A stretch of DNA of 64,000 nt from Piromyces finnis finn (lineage: Eukaryota > Fungi > Neocallimastigomycota). The DNA lies in the NCBI GenBank assembly GCA_002104945.1, contig MCFH01000055.1, positions 62,001-126,000 on the forward strand, in the 5' to 3' direction. The translations under genes were made by a program, and so were the position numbers. The number at the start of each line of letters is the position of its first letter. Within the stretch, counting starts at the first letter, position 1. This document shows, piece after piece, positions 24,497-35,360 of the stretch. A model generated the notes under the pieces. It worked only from the letters and a program-made list of their open reading frames with translations, ran no database searches and was not told where the DNA came from.

Positions 24497-24847
24497 GTTT
24501 TTTATTAATTGAAGCAATATAATATTTTTATACTCTGATGTTTTAACCTTTTCAAAAATTTTTACCCATAAAAATTGACATTTATAAATTTTTAATTATT
24601 TTAAATAAATTATTTGAATTTTTAAATTATTAGTATTAATTTTAAAAGTTAAATTAGATAAGTGCTATTTGAAATTAATTTTGAATCAAATTAATGTCTT
24701 TACATTTTAATATTGTAGAGCTTATTTCTTTTTATCTATAATACAATAAGCCTTTAATATTGATACGTTATTTTTATATAAAGTAACTTAAAATAATATG
24801 ACAAGCTAGTTAAACGCTATAAATAATATATTAATAATTTATTTTAA

Positions 24848-25088
24848 TAAAAAAAATAAAAATAATACTTGTTATGAAAATAGAGTAAATAATAAAAACA
24901 ATGAAAAAAAAATAAAAATAATACTTGTTATGAAAATAGAGTAAATAATTAAAACAATGAAAAAAAAATAAAAATAATACTTGTTATGAAAATAGAGTAA
25001 ATAATAAAAACAATGAAAAAAAAATAAAAATAATACTTGTTATGAAAATAGAGTAAATAATAAAAACAATGAAAAAAAAATAAAAATA
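24848..25088. repeat. 56-bp tandem repeat x4
   Basis: CTTGTTATG recurs at 24868, 24924, 24980 and 25036. Confidence 0.95.
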
Positions 25089-26675
25089 TATATATATATA
25101 ATATTATTTATTTTCTTTATTTTTATTTTTTTTTTAAACTTTCTTTATATTATGTTATTTCATATTGCTATTTTTATTTAATGCTATTGGTATTATATTT
25201 AATTTATTTTATTTCATTTATATCAACAGTATGTTTCATAATAATACATATATAAATTTAAAAATATATATTTTTTTTTTTAATTTAAAAATTTTTAATA
25301 TAAAGGTTAAGCTTTTTTAAGTATATAATAAATAAAATTATTCTAATCCTTTTTATTAAATTTTCAAAAATTTTATATTATTAAAAATTTAAAAATTTAG
25401 AAATTTACAAAAAATTTTATATTTTAACAATTTGAGATATTAAGCATTTATAACATTTATAATAATTATAATAGCTAAATTAAAATTGTAATAATTTATA
25501 TTATATTATTCATATATAAAAATAATATTTTTTCAAAAATTATAAACCTTTAGAGTTAGTCATTTATTTTCTTAACCTAAATCTATTTTAAGTTTACAAT
25601 AAAATTTCTTGATACAATTTAACTTAAGTTGGTATTTAGATCATTTCCGGAAAATAAAAATGCTAATGCTAATAATATTTTTATATAGATGTCATTAGCC
25701 TCAAGCCATCTTCAATAAGAAAAAAGTATTAAACTAATTATTTAATTTAACTTGCTGAGTTTTAAATCCAAACTATGTCAAAATAAGCATTTACTCTAAA
25801 ACTTCAAATATAGTTATCTCATTTATAAAAATAAATAAATTAATTATTTATTTACTTACTAATATTCACTAAACTACTCCTAAAATGAGCCATTACTTAT
25901 TTTATCCAATATGGAGCTTGATTATAACTTTAAGAGTGGTATTTAAATTATTTAATTATTAATTATAATATATATTAGTACATATTAATTTAATATTAAT
26001 TAAATTTATTATTAATTAAATATATTAGTAAAATTAAACTTGCTATTAGTTTATCATTATTTTAACTCTATATTAATTGACTGTCGAGTTGTAGTAGTTA
26101 GAACGTAATTTAATCCGAATGTTTTATTTAATTTAATATAGTAATTGATAAAGATTACAATTAATTATCAGACTAACTAATTAAACTTTCTTTTTTAAAC
26201 AATGAAAAGTATTGTTTAAAGCTTGTTTAAATAGAAGAATTATATAATTGAATTCTGAAAGAAAATGACACGTATTCAAATATATTTTAAATTTTAAATA
26301 TACTTAAAAAGTGATATATATGTATATTTTTGAATGATTTATTTTTACATATACGCTTGTTATACATTATATTACTATTATAATATATGCAAATAAATTA
26401 TAATGTATTATAAAGTTTATTGTTATTGTAATTATTAGAGTAAAAATATTTAAATTAATGAATTCTCGAGATTCCTAATGATAGGAATTTTTTTCGAGTA
26501 TTTACACCCTCTCTATTTTTAAAGATTACATTTTAAATTTAATACATGATCAATTATTTATATTAATTGTCTATTCTATAAATTAAATATGTATTAATTA
26601 CATATACCTTTTTTTAAAACCTCGTATTATATTTGTACATAATAATTATAAAGTCATAAGAAAAAAAAAAAAAAT

Positions 26676-26967
26676 TTTTTTATAATTTTTATAATTTCTA
26701 TAATTTTTATAATTTCTATAATTTTTATAATTTCTATAATTTTTATAATTTCTATAATTTTTATAATTTCTATAATTTTTATAATTTCTATAATTTTTAT
26801 AATTTCTATAATTTTTATAATTTCTATAATTTCTATAATTTTTATAATTTTTATAATTTTTATAATTTTTATAATTTCTATAATTTTTATAATTTTTATA
26901 ATTTCTATAATTTTTATAATTTCTATAATTTTTATAATTTTTATAATTTTTATAATTATTTCTATAA
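26676..26967. repeat. 9-bp tandem repeat (TTTYTATAA)n
   Basis: Direct reading; alternating T/C variants. Confidence 0.95.
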
Positions 26968-27240
26968 TACATACCAAATGTAGTAATTTTTAATTATCTA
27001 ATAATACAAGAGTTATTAAATAATACTATAATTTTTATAATTAAATATAGTATATTTTATATTTTAAAAATTAACTAACACTTGAAATGAACAAGTATAA
27101 AAATCGTTAATTTTTTAATTTATTTTTCTTTATTTATTTTTAATAATTTATTTATTAAATTTTAGATACAAATATTATCACTTTCTATATTCATTTATAT
27201 TTATATAATTAAGATAATATCATCCTTATATCAAAATTAT

Positions 27241-27568
27241 TGTAAAAGGTTTATTATATTTTCTATAAGAGGAATAGATTTATATATTATTTTATATAAA
27301 AAAATATTATACTAATAAATAAGTAACAACCTCTCATACGAGCTAATAGTATAAATAATATTTTTATATTAAAATTTATAAATAAATTAGTAATTAAACA
27401 ATGAATAAAGTCATTTAGTTATATATAATAATAAATGTTTATCATCTTATTTCTCTTACTAATATAAACTATCTTTACCTACTTTAAATATAATTATTCT
27501 ATATTATTAATTATTTATTATAATATTTTACTTTAATACTAACGCTAAAGTATTAGCGTTTGTTTACA
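27241..27568 (-). mobile_element. Diverged F-related LTR
   Basis: TGTAAAAGGTTT start; ACCTCTC.TACGAG and TTTACTTTAATACTAACGCTAAAGTATT blocks shared with F; no TSD seen. Confidence 0.6.
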
Positions 27569-27967
27569 TGTTTTCTTTTATAATATTATTAATATGTATT
27601 AACTATTATTAATTAATATTATTAAATATTAATTAATAATATTATTTACTTACTATAATAATACATGTTAATTATTTAAATATAAAATATTATATAAATA
27701 TAAAATATATAAAATATATAAAATATTATATAAAATATATAAAATATATAAAATATTATATAAAATATATAAAATATATAAAATATTATATAAAATATAT
27801 AAAATATTATTTAAATATAAAGTAATTATCAATATTTTATAGTATTTTATAATATAATATTAGTAAATAAATTATATCACATGAAATATCATATCATATG
27901 ATAAATTAACATAAATATATGTGATTATATATTATAGCATTTAGTAATATTAATCCGTTATAGATAA

Positions 27968-28460
27968 TGTAAAAGGTTTTATATATGTTAGTTAATAAGT
28001 TAAATATAACAAGTTAATTAAGTTAGTTATTACCTCTCTATACGAGTTAATAACTAAATAAAGTTTTATAAAAAATAATAAAAGAACTAAAATAAATATT
28101 ATAACACAAAAATAAATATAATACAATAAATATTAATATGAAATATTATTTACTTAAATAATTATTATAATTATTATCTTTTATTTATTAGTTATAATTA
28201 TATACATTAATTATTATTATAGCTATTAATTTACTTTAATACTAACGCTAAAGTATTTAACGTTAGTTTTGACTATACTATTTAACTATATGAATTTATT
28301 TTCTTTACCACTTGATTGGGTAAAGCAAATAAACTTCCTATTTAATTAATAACCATTAATATATGGTTATGCATATATTTGGCCAATAAATGGTGACCAG
28401 AATATATGGTTTCAATTGAAATATTTGTGGGCAAACTTATGGCCACAAATATTTCTTACA
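27968..28460 (-). mobile_element. Family F solo LTR, 11 bp upstream of tRNA-Glu
   Basis: Near-identical to the F LTRs; TSD GATAA. Confidence 0.96.
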
Positions 28461-28471
28461 GATAAAGAGTA

Positions 28472-28543
28472 TCCGCATTGGTCCAGTGGCTAGGATTCCA
28501 CGCTTTCACCGTGGCGGCCGGGGTTCGATTCCCCGATGCGGAA
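28472..28543 (+). tRNA. tRNA-Glu-TTC: tRNA-Glu(TTC)
   Basis: TCCGCAT/ATGCGGA; CCACG-CTTTCAC-CGTGG; GGTTCGATTCC. Confidence 0.96.
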
Positions 28544-28552
28544 GTCTTTGAA

Positions 28553-28626
28553 GCTCGCGTAGCCTAATTGGATAGGGCGTCAGACTTCTAATCTGAAGAT
28601 TGCGGGTTCGAGTCCCGCCGTGAGTG
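28553..28626 (+). tRNA. tRNA-Arg-TCT: tRNA-Arg(TCT), 9 nt downstream of tRNA-Glu
   Basis: Identical to 14914-14987. Confidence 0.96.
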
Positions 28627-30663
28627 AGGATTTTATTTTATAGAATGTTCATTTAAGATAGTAGTTTTATTTAATTATCATATATACATTTCTTATTTTA
28701 TAAATATATAATTCGTTTATTTAAATAAATAATTTTATAATTTTTTTTTCTAGTATAGTAATAAAATAATAAAATTGAAAAATCATAATAATGAATAATA
28801 GTATAGTATAGTATAGTATAGTATAGTATAATTTATTATGTGGAATTGTGTTTTCTGTTCTAATAAAGAATAAATAAAAAACTAAAACAATATTTAAGAA
28901 AAATGAATTATATATTAAATCATTAATTTTTTTTATATTTTTATATTTTTATATATTTATATATTTGTATTTTTATATTTTTATATTTTTATATCTTTAT
29001 ATTTTTATATTTTTATATCTTTATATATTTTTATACTTTGATACTTTAATATGTGATATTAAAAAATTGCTTTTATGTATAAATATTAAATAACTAAAAA
29101 TTACACATATTTTGACTTGAATTAGATATAATTATAATAGTGGTAGAAAAACAGAAAACCCTTTTATAAATTTTATTATTTTGTTTTGTAATAATTAAAA
29201 AAAAGTTAAGAAAAAAAATATTTTTGTTTCTTGTATCTAGCATTCTATTAATAAATTTAAACTTAAAAGAAATAGTAATAATTAAAAATTTTATATTAAT
29301 GCTATTTAAACAATAATAAATAAAATTGAAAATATTTATATATGAATAAACTTGAAATTTATTATGTAGTATACTTTACATTGCTAAGTTAATAACATAG
29401 AATATATTATATTCATTTTATTAAGCACAACACACTATGAAAGATCTATTTTAAAAATACTACTTTTTGTTAATTTTTCAAATTGATTTTTTCATTATTT
29501 CTTCATAAAGTATTATGAATAACTGATTTAAACATTAAAAATAACAAAATATTTACATGCTTTCATATAAATTTTTTAAATTTAAATTTTAAAAATGCCT
29601 AAAAAAAAAAAAAAAAAAGACACTACTTTATGAAAATATATAAATTTTAATTTTAAAAATAAACACATTTTTAATTTAAATTATTATTTATAATTAATTA
29701 AAGGAACATTCGTTGTTACATACAGCAAGTAGTAATAAAAAGTAAAGTAATGGAAATTTTTGATTTGAAGTAAATTACTTTTAATTTTGGTTTTATAAAA
29801 ACTTACTCTTAATTAAATCAGTTATGATTTTATATTGGTAAATTTAATTACTATTTTATAGCAAATTATATAATCAAAGTTAGTTTAATCATTAAAAATT
29901 TATAGTTTTTTCTTATTAGTCATTCATTCATTCATTAATTTATTTATTTATTTATTTATTTTGGTAAAAATGTTTTTAATAAACACTCACTATTTTTTCG
30001 TATTTTATCATTATCAATTAAGTGATTAGTCATTATATAGCTTATAATATGTTTTTAAATATAATGTTTAATTATTATTTATATATTATATGGAATCCTT
30101 TATTTCATTTTCATTAAATCTTGATAATGCATATAATAAAAGAAATAAACTCAGTTTTTAATTTTTTGTAAAGATTATATAATTATAATTTTAATTATAT
30201 AACTAGTAAATATTCATACATATATTAAAAATCATAATAAAAAACATTTTAAAATTAATATTTATTCTATAAATATAATGTATATCTTTGAGATTATTTA
30301 ATAATAAGTATTAATGATTAAGTAATGATTTTTACATTTTAATAAAAGATTATTTCATAAATTCATTAAATACGATTCGTGGAGTAATTAAATAAAAAAT
30401 TGTTTAAATAAAAACAAAATTTTGATAAATATTTAAATTTATGGAACAAGTAAATTTATTCAAAATAACTATAAAAATATTTTATTTTTTACTTTCACTT
30501 TATTTTAAATTACTTTAACATATATAATGTAGTATTAAAAATAGGGATATATTCAAATTGGATCAAGAAAAACATATTTGATTTGTTTTAATTAAGCTTT
30601 ATTGCTCTGGTTTATTAAATAATTATAATTTTTCCAATTAGCAATAATACTATTAATTAAAAA

Positions 30664-30735
30664 TGGAGAGTGAGTGATTCGAACACCCAACCTTCCGCTC
30701 TGGAGGCGGACGCGCTACCGTTGCGCCAACCCTCC
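30664..30735 (-). tRNA. tRNA-Trp-CCA: tRNA-Trp(CCA)
   Basis: GGAGGGT/ACTCTCC; TCCGC-CTCCAGA-GCGGA; GTTCGAATC. Confidence 0.95.
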
Positions 30736-30749
30736 TACTTGTTTTTTCA

Positions 30750-31540
30750 TGATAAATAATAAAATTAATAAATATAAAATTATTATTAAACCTGATTTTC
30801 AAATTAACCCTAAAAGTAACTTTAAATAAGTTATAGTTTAATTAATTACTTTACCAAAATTCTAAAATAAAATTAATCCTAAACACTGCATATATTCTAA
30901 TTATTGAAAGAAAATAATAAACTTTAATTAATCGAGATCAAAATATATAACTTTTGTTAAATTAATTATTAAATTAAATATTTAATAACTTCGTTAGTAA
31001 ATTACACTTTAAAAGTAAACAAATATAATAATTCATGTTATAAAATAATATAATTAAACACCTTTATTAAAACATTAAAAATAATTATTACTTTAATTAA
31101 TTGTAAAATAAACAACTTTTTATATTCTTTAACTTTTAATTATTTCTTTTATTGTTATTTCTAATTACTTTTATTACTTTTATTGTAAATAGTTATTAAT
31201 TTTATTGTTTTAATGTAAATAGTTTAAATTTAAAAGAAAATATAAATACATGTAAATATTCTTATTTTAATCATTATTATTATTATTAATAACGAAATAT
31301 TATAATTTTAATAATCACTTTTATAATTAATTAAATAAAATTTTAAATATTTAAATATTAGAAAAACGAGTGTTTCTAATAAAACAATTTAGTGTTTTTA
31401 ATAAAACAATTTTATTAATCTTTATAAAAACAATTTCAAATTCTAATCCATATAACTTATATAGTTATAACTCAAGATATAATATAATAATCACTTTTTG
31501 AAATAAAATTCAAAATTAAGATTATTATCAAATTATATCA
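30750..31540 (+). mobile_element. Family A solo LTR, 14 bp upstream of tRNA-Trp
   Basis: About 5 substitutions from 2575-3365; 4-bp TSD TTCA. Confidence 0.96.
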
Positions 31541-31596
31541 TTCAATGTAATAATTCCATTATAAATTATTATATAATAGAATTATTAACTACAATT

Positions 31597-32239
31597 TGTC
31601 AAAATCACAATTCATGAAATTTGACATTTCATGAAATTTCATAATTTTGAATTATTAGTTAAATTAATTAAAATATTAATTTAATAATATTTTACTAATA
31701 ATAGTTTATTTAATATAAATATTAATTGGAAAGCTATTTATTATCCGGAGATAAATAGAGTGTAACAATTAATTAATATTAAACAAACCAATTAGTAAAA
31801 TAAGATTCATTTAAATAATTATTAATATTATTTTTAACAACTTATTAATATCGATATTTAAAGAAAATTATATTATTATTACTATTATATTTTATTAATA
31901 TTTATATTTATATTATTATACATGTATAACTTAAATTATATTATTATTATACTTTATTAATATCAACATTATATTAAAAATGAAGTATAAATAAGTTGAA
32001 CAAAGAACAACTTTAAGAAGTTCTTTGTGAGATTATTATACTCATTTTTATATAGTAAATTCAATATTTAAAATTAATAATTATCATTTATTTATATTAT
32101 AAAAATTAAATAAAATATTTCTTAAAAAACTATATTTATTACTCTTTTATTTATAAAAATTTATTATTTACTATATAATTAAGCCTATCCTAACCTAGTA
32201 GACTTAATTATAATTCTAAATCCACTCTAACTCTTGACA
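31597..32239. mobile_element. Solo LTR, family D
   Basis: TGTC..GACA; TSD CAATT. Confidence 0.92.
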
Positions 32240-32247
32240 CAATTTAT

Positions 32248-32660
32248 TGATAAATTGAGAATAAAAAGAAAATAAATATTAATACTTATCTTTAAGTTCG
32301 AGTTTATTATAAGAGTAGAAATAATTTTACACTTTAATAAGTTAATATGTTTTATTATAACTAAGTTAAGTAAAATAAAATTAAAAACGCTTTTATTATT
32401 ATAATTTGTTTCTTATAATAATAACTCTTGATTTCTTAGAAGGGAATCAAGAGTCTTTATTTATATTATTTAATAAATTTAAAGTTTAAATTAAAATTTT
32501 ATCTAATCTTAACAAAATAATTTTTTGTTTAGGAAAAGATTAGAAGAAAAACCTAAACAAAGTTCGATCAACATTCTATACATATTGATCATCGTATATT
32601 TTAAGTAAAACCAATTATTTTAGAAATTGGAAAAAACCTTAAAATATCGATTCCTAAACA
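32248..32660. mobile_element. Family-L-related LTR fragment
   Basis: Homology to 965-1345 and 54445-55071; ends approximate. Confidence 0.5.
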
Positions 32661-33480
32661 ATGAATAATTATTTTAAAGTAATTAATTAAATAAATAATT
32701 AAATATATTTGATAAAAATATAAAGTTAAATAAAAGTAATTAATTAAATTAATTAGTTAAATGCATAAATATAATTAATAAAAATATTAAATAAAATATT
32801 AATGAATAGTATAATTAAATGGCTAAATGTAATTTAAGATATTAAAATTAAGTGAAAATAAATAATTAAAATAAATTTGTAAAGATATCAAACGCCTCTG
32901 TTTGATATCTTTAATGTAACTTAAGCCACAAGTATTATTGTTTAAGTTACACAAATTATATTCAGAAAAAGAAAATGAGACATAATTTATTTATTAATAA
33001 TTAAAGTTTAAAACAAAATAAATTATTAATTTATTTTTAATGTTTAACAAGTAAATTAATATTCTCAATTTAAATCCCTAGTTTTAGTATTGTTTTTTTA
33101 TAGAAATAGATAAATAATAAATGATTAAAATATCAATAATACATGGGCACATATTCAAATTAAATAGTACTTAATTTGAATTGCCAATTGTATTTTACTA
33201 AAAATAGTTATAGTTTAAATATTTATTAATAATTAAGATTTTAGTGTAGATTTTAAATAATAATATATAAGAAATAAATAGTTATAATATAATATAAATG
33301 TATTTAGGAAAAATATAAATAGAAGATATTTTTCATCATTTTATCGATGTAATTGTTATTATTAAAATTCTATTATAATAAAAGATATTTTTAATAAAAC
33401 AATTTTTATTTTTATTTTAAATTTAGTGTTATTGTAATAGAATAGATATCCTAATCTATTCTTTCTGTGTCGCCATTACA

Positions 33481-33491
33481 ATAACAATTAC
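33481..33491 (+). promoter_or_regulatory. Self-priming PBS of family J (ATAACAATTAC)
   Basis: Exact complement GTAATTGTTAT at 33349-33359 in the 5' LTR, ~35 nt after TATAAA (33314). Confidence 0.85.
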
Positions 33492-33846
33492 CTAACTACT
33501 TCAAGAGTACGTTAGGATATCTACTACTGTCAGAAGAAGAATCTACCGAAGTACTTGGTTGCTACCACAGAAGAAGAATTTATAGAAGAACTTGGTTGCT
33601 ACCATAGAAGAAGAATTACTGAAACAATTATAGGTTAAACTCTGTTGCTGCCCTTGTTAAAGGAATTCTACCGAAGGAATCAATATATAGATACAAAACT
33701 TGTTCGACACTGCTTTGCAGAACGCGTTTGAATAACTTTTGTATTTAAATAGATTGTATTAGTGTAAAAAAAAAAAAAAAAAAATTAAGATTACTTACTT
33801 GAAACAGTAGTAAGAAAACATTTTTTATTTTATTTAATAGTTTACG

Positions 33847-34782
33847 TTGGAGGCCTTAATTAGTGAGTTTGAAAGTTTAAATTTAGAGATGGGTGATAGG
33901 ACTGTGGGTGTTTCTGGGAATTCGGGGAACATTATTAATGCTCCACCGATATTTTCTGGTAAACAAAGAGAATTGGATGGATTTTTAACCAGAGTTGAGT
34001 TGGTATTTCGTACTCGACCGACACTGTATAATACAGATCGAGTCAAGGTCGACTTCGTTATATCATACTTCTCTGGTAAACCTTTGGAATGGGCTTCAGT
34101 GTTGATGAAGAATAATAGTGGGGTTTTAAATCATTATGATGAATTTGTAGATAGGTTGAAGGCTAATTTTGGCAGTTATAGATACGATACCGTTGTAGCT
34201 AACGGTAAATTAGATAATCTTCGCCAAAGGAAACTTGGTCAGGTATTAGATTACATTACCGAGTTTCAACGTATTAGCCAAAATTCAAGCTTTAATGATA
34301 GCGCAAAAATCTACATGTTTCTGAAAGGTTTATTACCACCACTTAGGGAGAAGTTGGCTTTCATTGAATCAAACCCAACTTCAATTGAACAATTGATTTC
34401 TTCAACTATTTTAGTTGAAGATATGATGAAAAGGAATTCTCTAAGTGAATTTTATTTTAATGGTAGAAGGGCTAATGATCCTATGGATGTGGATGTATTT
34501 AGAATTAGTAGAGAAAATAAACGCAAAAGGTATGTGAATATCCAAGGATCAAGTAAAAATTACAATGAAAACATAGACAATTTTGAAGAAGAAAAGAAAA
34601 AGGGGTTATGTTTTCTTTGTAAACAACCGGGACATTTAAAGTTTAATTGTCCTAATAGAGTAAAGCCCAGAAAAGTGTTAAGAATTGTTAAAGAAAGGAC
34701 TCCAAAAATTGTTAATCCAAAAATTTACAAAGTTGGAGTCAAGGGAGTGAAAAGTGATTTAAACCTTGTGGACTTTACTTGA
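33847..34782 (+). CDS. gag: Gag of family J (first ATG at 33889) with CCHC knuckle
   Basis: PIFSGKQRELDGFL retrotransposon gag motif; CFLCKQPGHLKFNC. Confidence 0.9.
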   Translation: MEALISEFESLNLEMGDRTVGVSGNSGNIINAPPIFSGKQRELDGFLTRVELVFRTRPTLYNTDRVKVDFVISYFSGKPLEWASVLMKNNSGVLNHYDEFVDRLKANFGSYRYDTVVANGKLDNLRQRKLGQVLDYITEFQRISQNSSFNDSAKIYMFLKGLLPPLREKLAFIESNPTSIEQLISSTILVEDMMKRNSLSEFYFNGRRANDPMDVDVFRISRENKRKRYVNIQGSSKNYNENIDNFEEEKKKGLCFLCKQPGHLKFNCPNRVKPRKVLRIVKERTPKIVNPKIYKVGVKGVKSDLNLVDFT

Positions 34783-35360
34783 GTACCAATGAAGTTTCGG
34801 AAGTTAAAATTAAGGTTTTAATTGATTCGGGTTCTGAATTAAATTTCATTAATCCAAGTCTTGCTGAAGAACTTGGTATTAATTTGGAAAAAGTGGAACC
34901 ATTCCGTGTTTCAGGTGTTAGTGATGGAGTTGTTAGTGTTTGGGAAAGGACTGAGAAGTGCATGCTCCGTTGCAAAAATCACTTCGAAGTAATTCAACTT
35001 TATGGATTACAAGTCCCCGGTGTTGATGTTATTCTTGGTTTGCCGTGGATAAAGAAGCATAATCCAAATGCTTTCTACGACTCTAAGAAAATCGCTTTTA
35101 GTTCTGGTTATTGTGCCAGACATTGTAATAAAGGCAAAAGAAAGAGAAAACCAAGAAAGAAGTCAAAGAATGATCAGTTAGATCATGATGTTCTCGACCG
35201 AAGCTTGACCAAAAAGCCGAAAGTAGATCCCTCTGTCCCAAACAATGAAGAAAAAGAATATGTTAAAGGCCGCCTTGTTAGAACCATCAATGATGAAGAT
35301 GATAGCGATGATGAATATATTAGTTTTAATAAAAAAGTCATGTATCGTAACAAAAATTAA
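34758..35360 (+). CDS. pol: Protease of family J in the -1 frame
   Basis: LIDSGSELNFI; in-frame T TTA AAC at 34758-34764. Confidence 0.85.
   Translation, partial: FKPCGLYLSTNEVSEVKIKVLIDSGSELNFINPSLAEELGINLEKVEPFRVSGVSDGVVSVWERTEKCMLRCKNHFEVIQLYGLQVPGVDVILGLPWIKKHNPNAFYDSKKIAFSSGYCARHCNKGKRKRKPRKKSKNDQLDHDVLDRSLTKKPKVDPSVPNNEEKEYVKGRLVRTINDEDDSDDEYISFNKKVMYRNKN

Noticed and set aside
24848-25088. 56-bp repeats as a CRISPR array
   Set aside because: Head-to-tail units with no unique spacers, eukaryotic context, no cas genes
26082-26639. Possible N-related solo LTR
   Set aside because: Only ~80 bp of clear similarity (26440-26520 versus 40490-40560) and no TSD, so boundaries are unsupported
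26646-26977. NYK/NYR and IIK repeat ORFs
   Set aside because: Translation of a 9-bp tandem repeat
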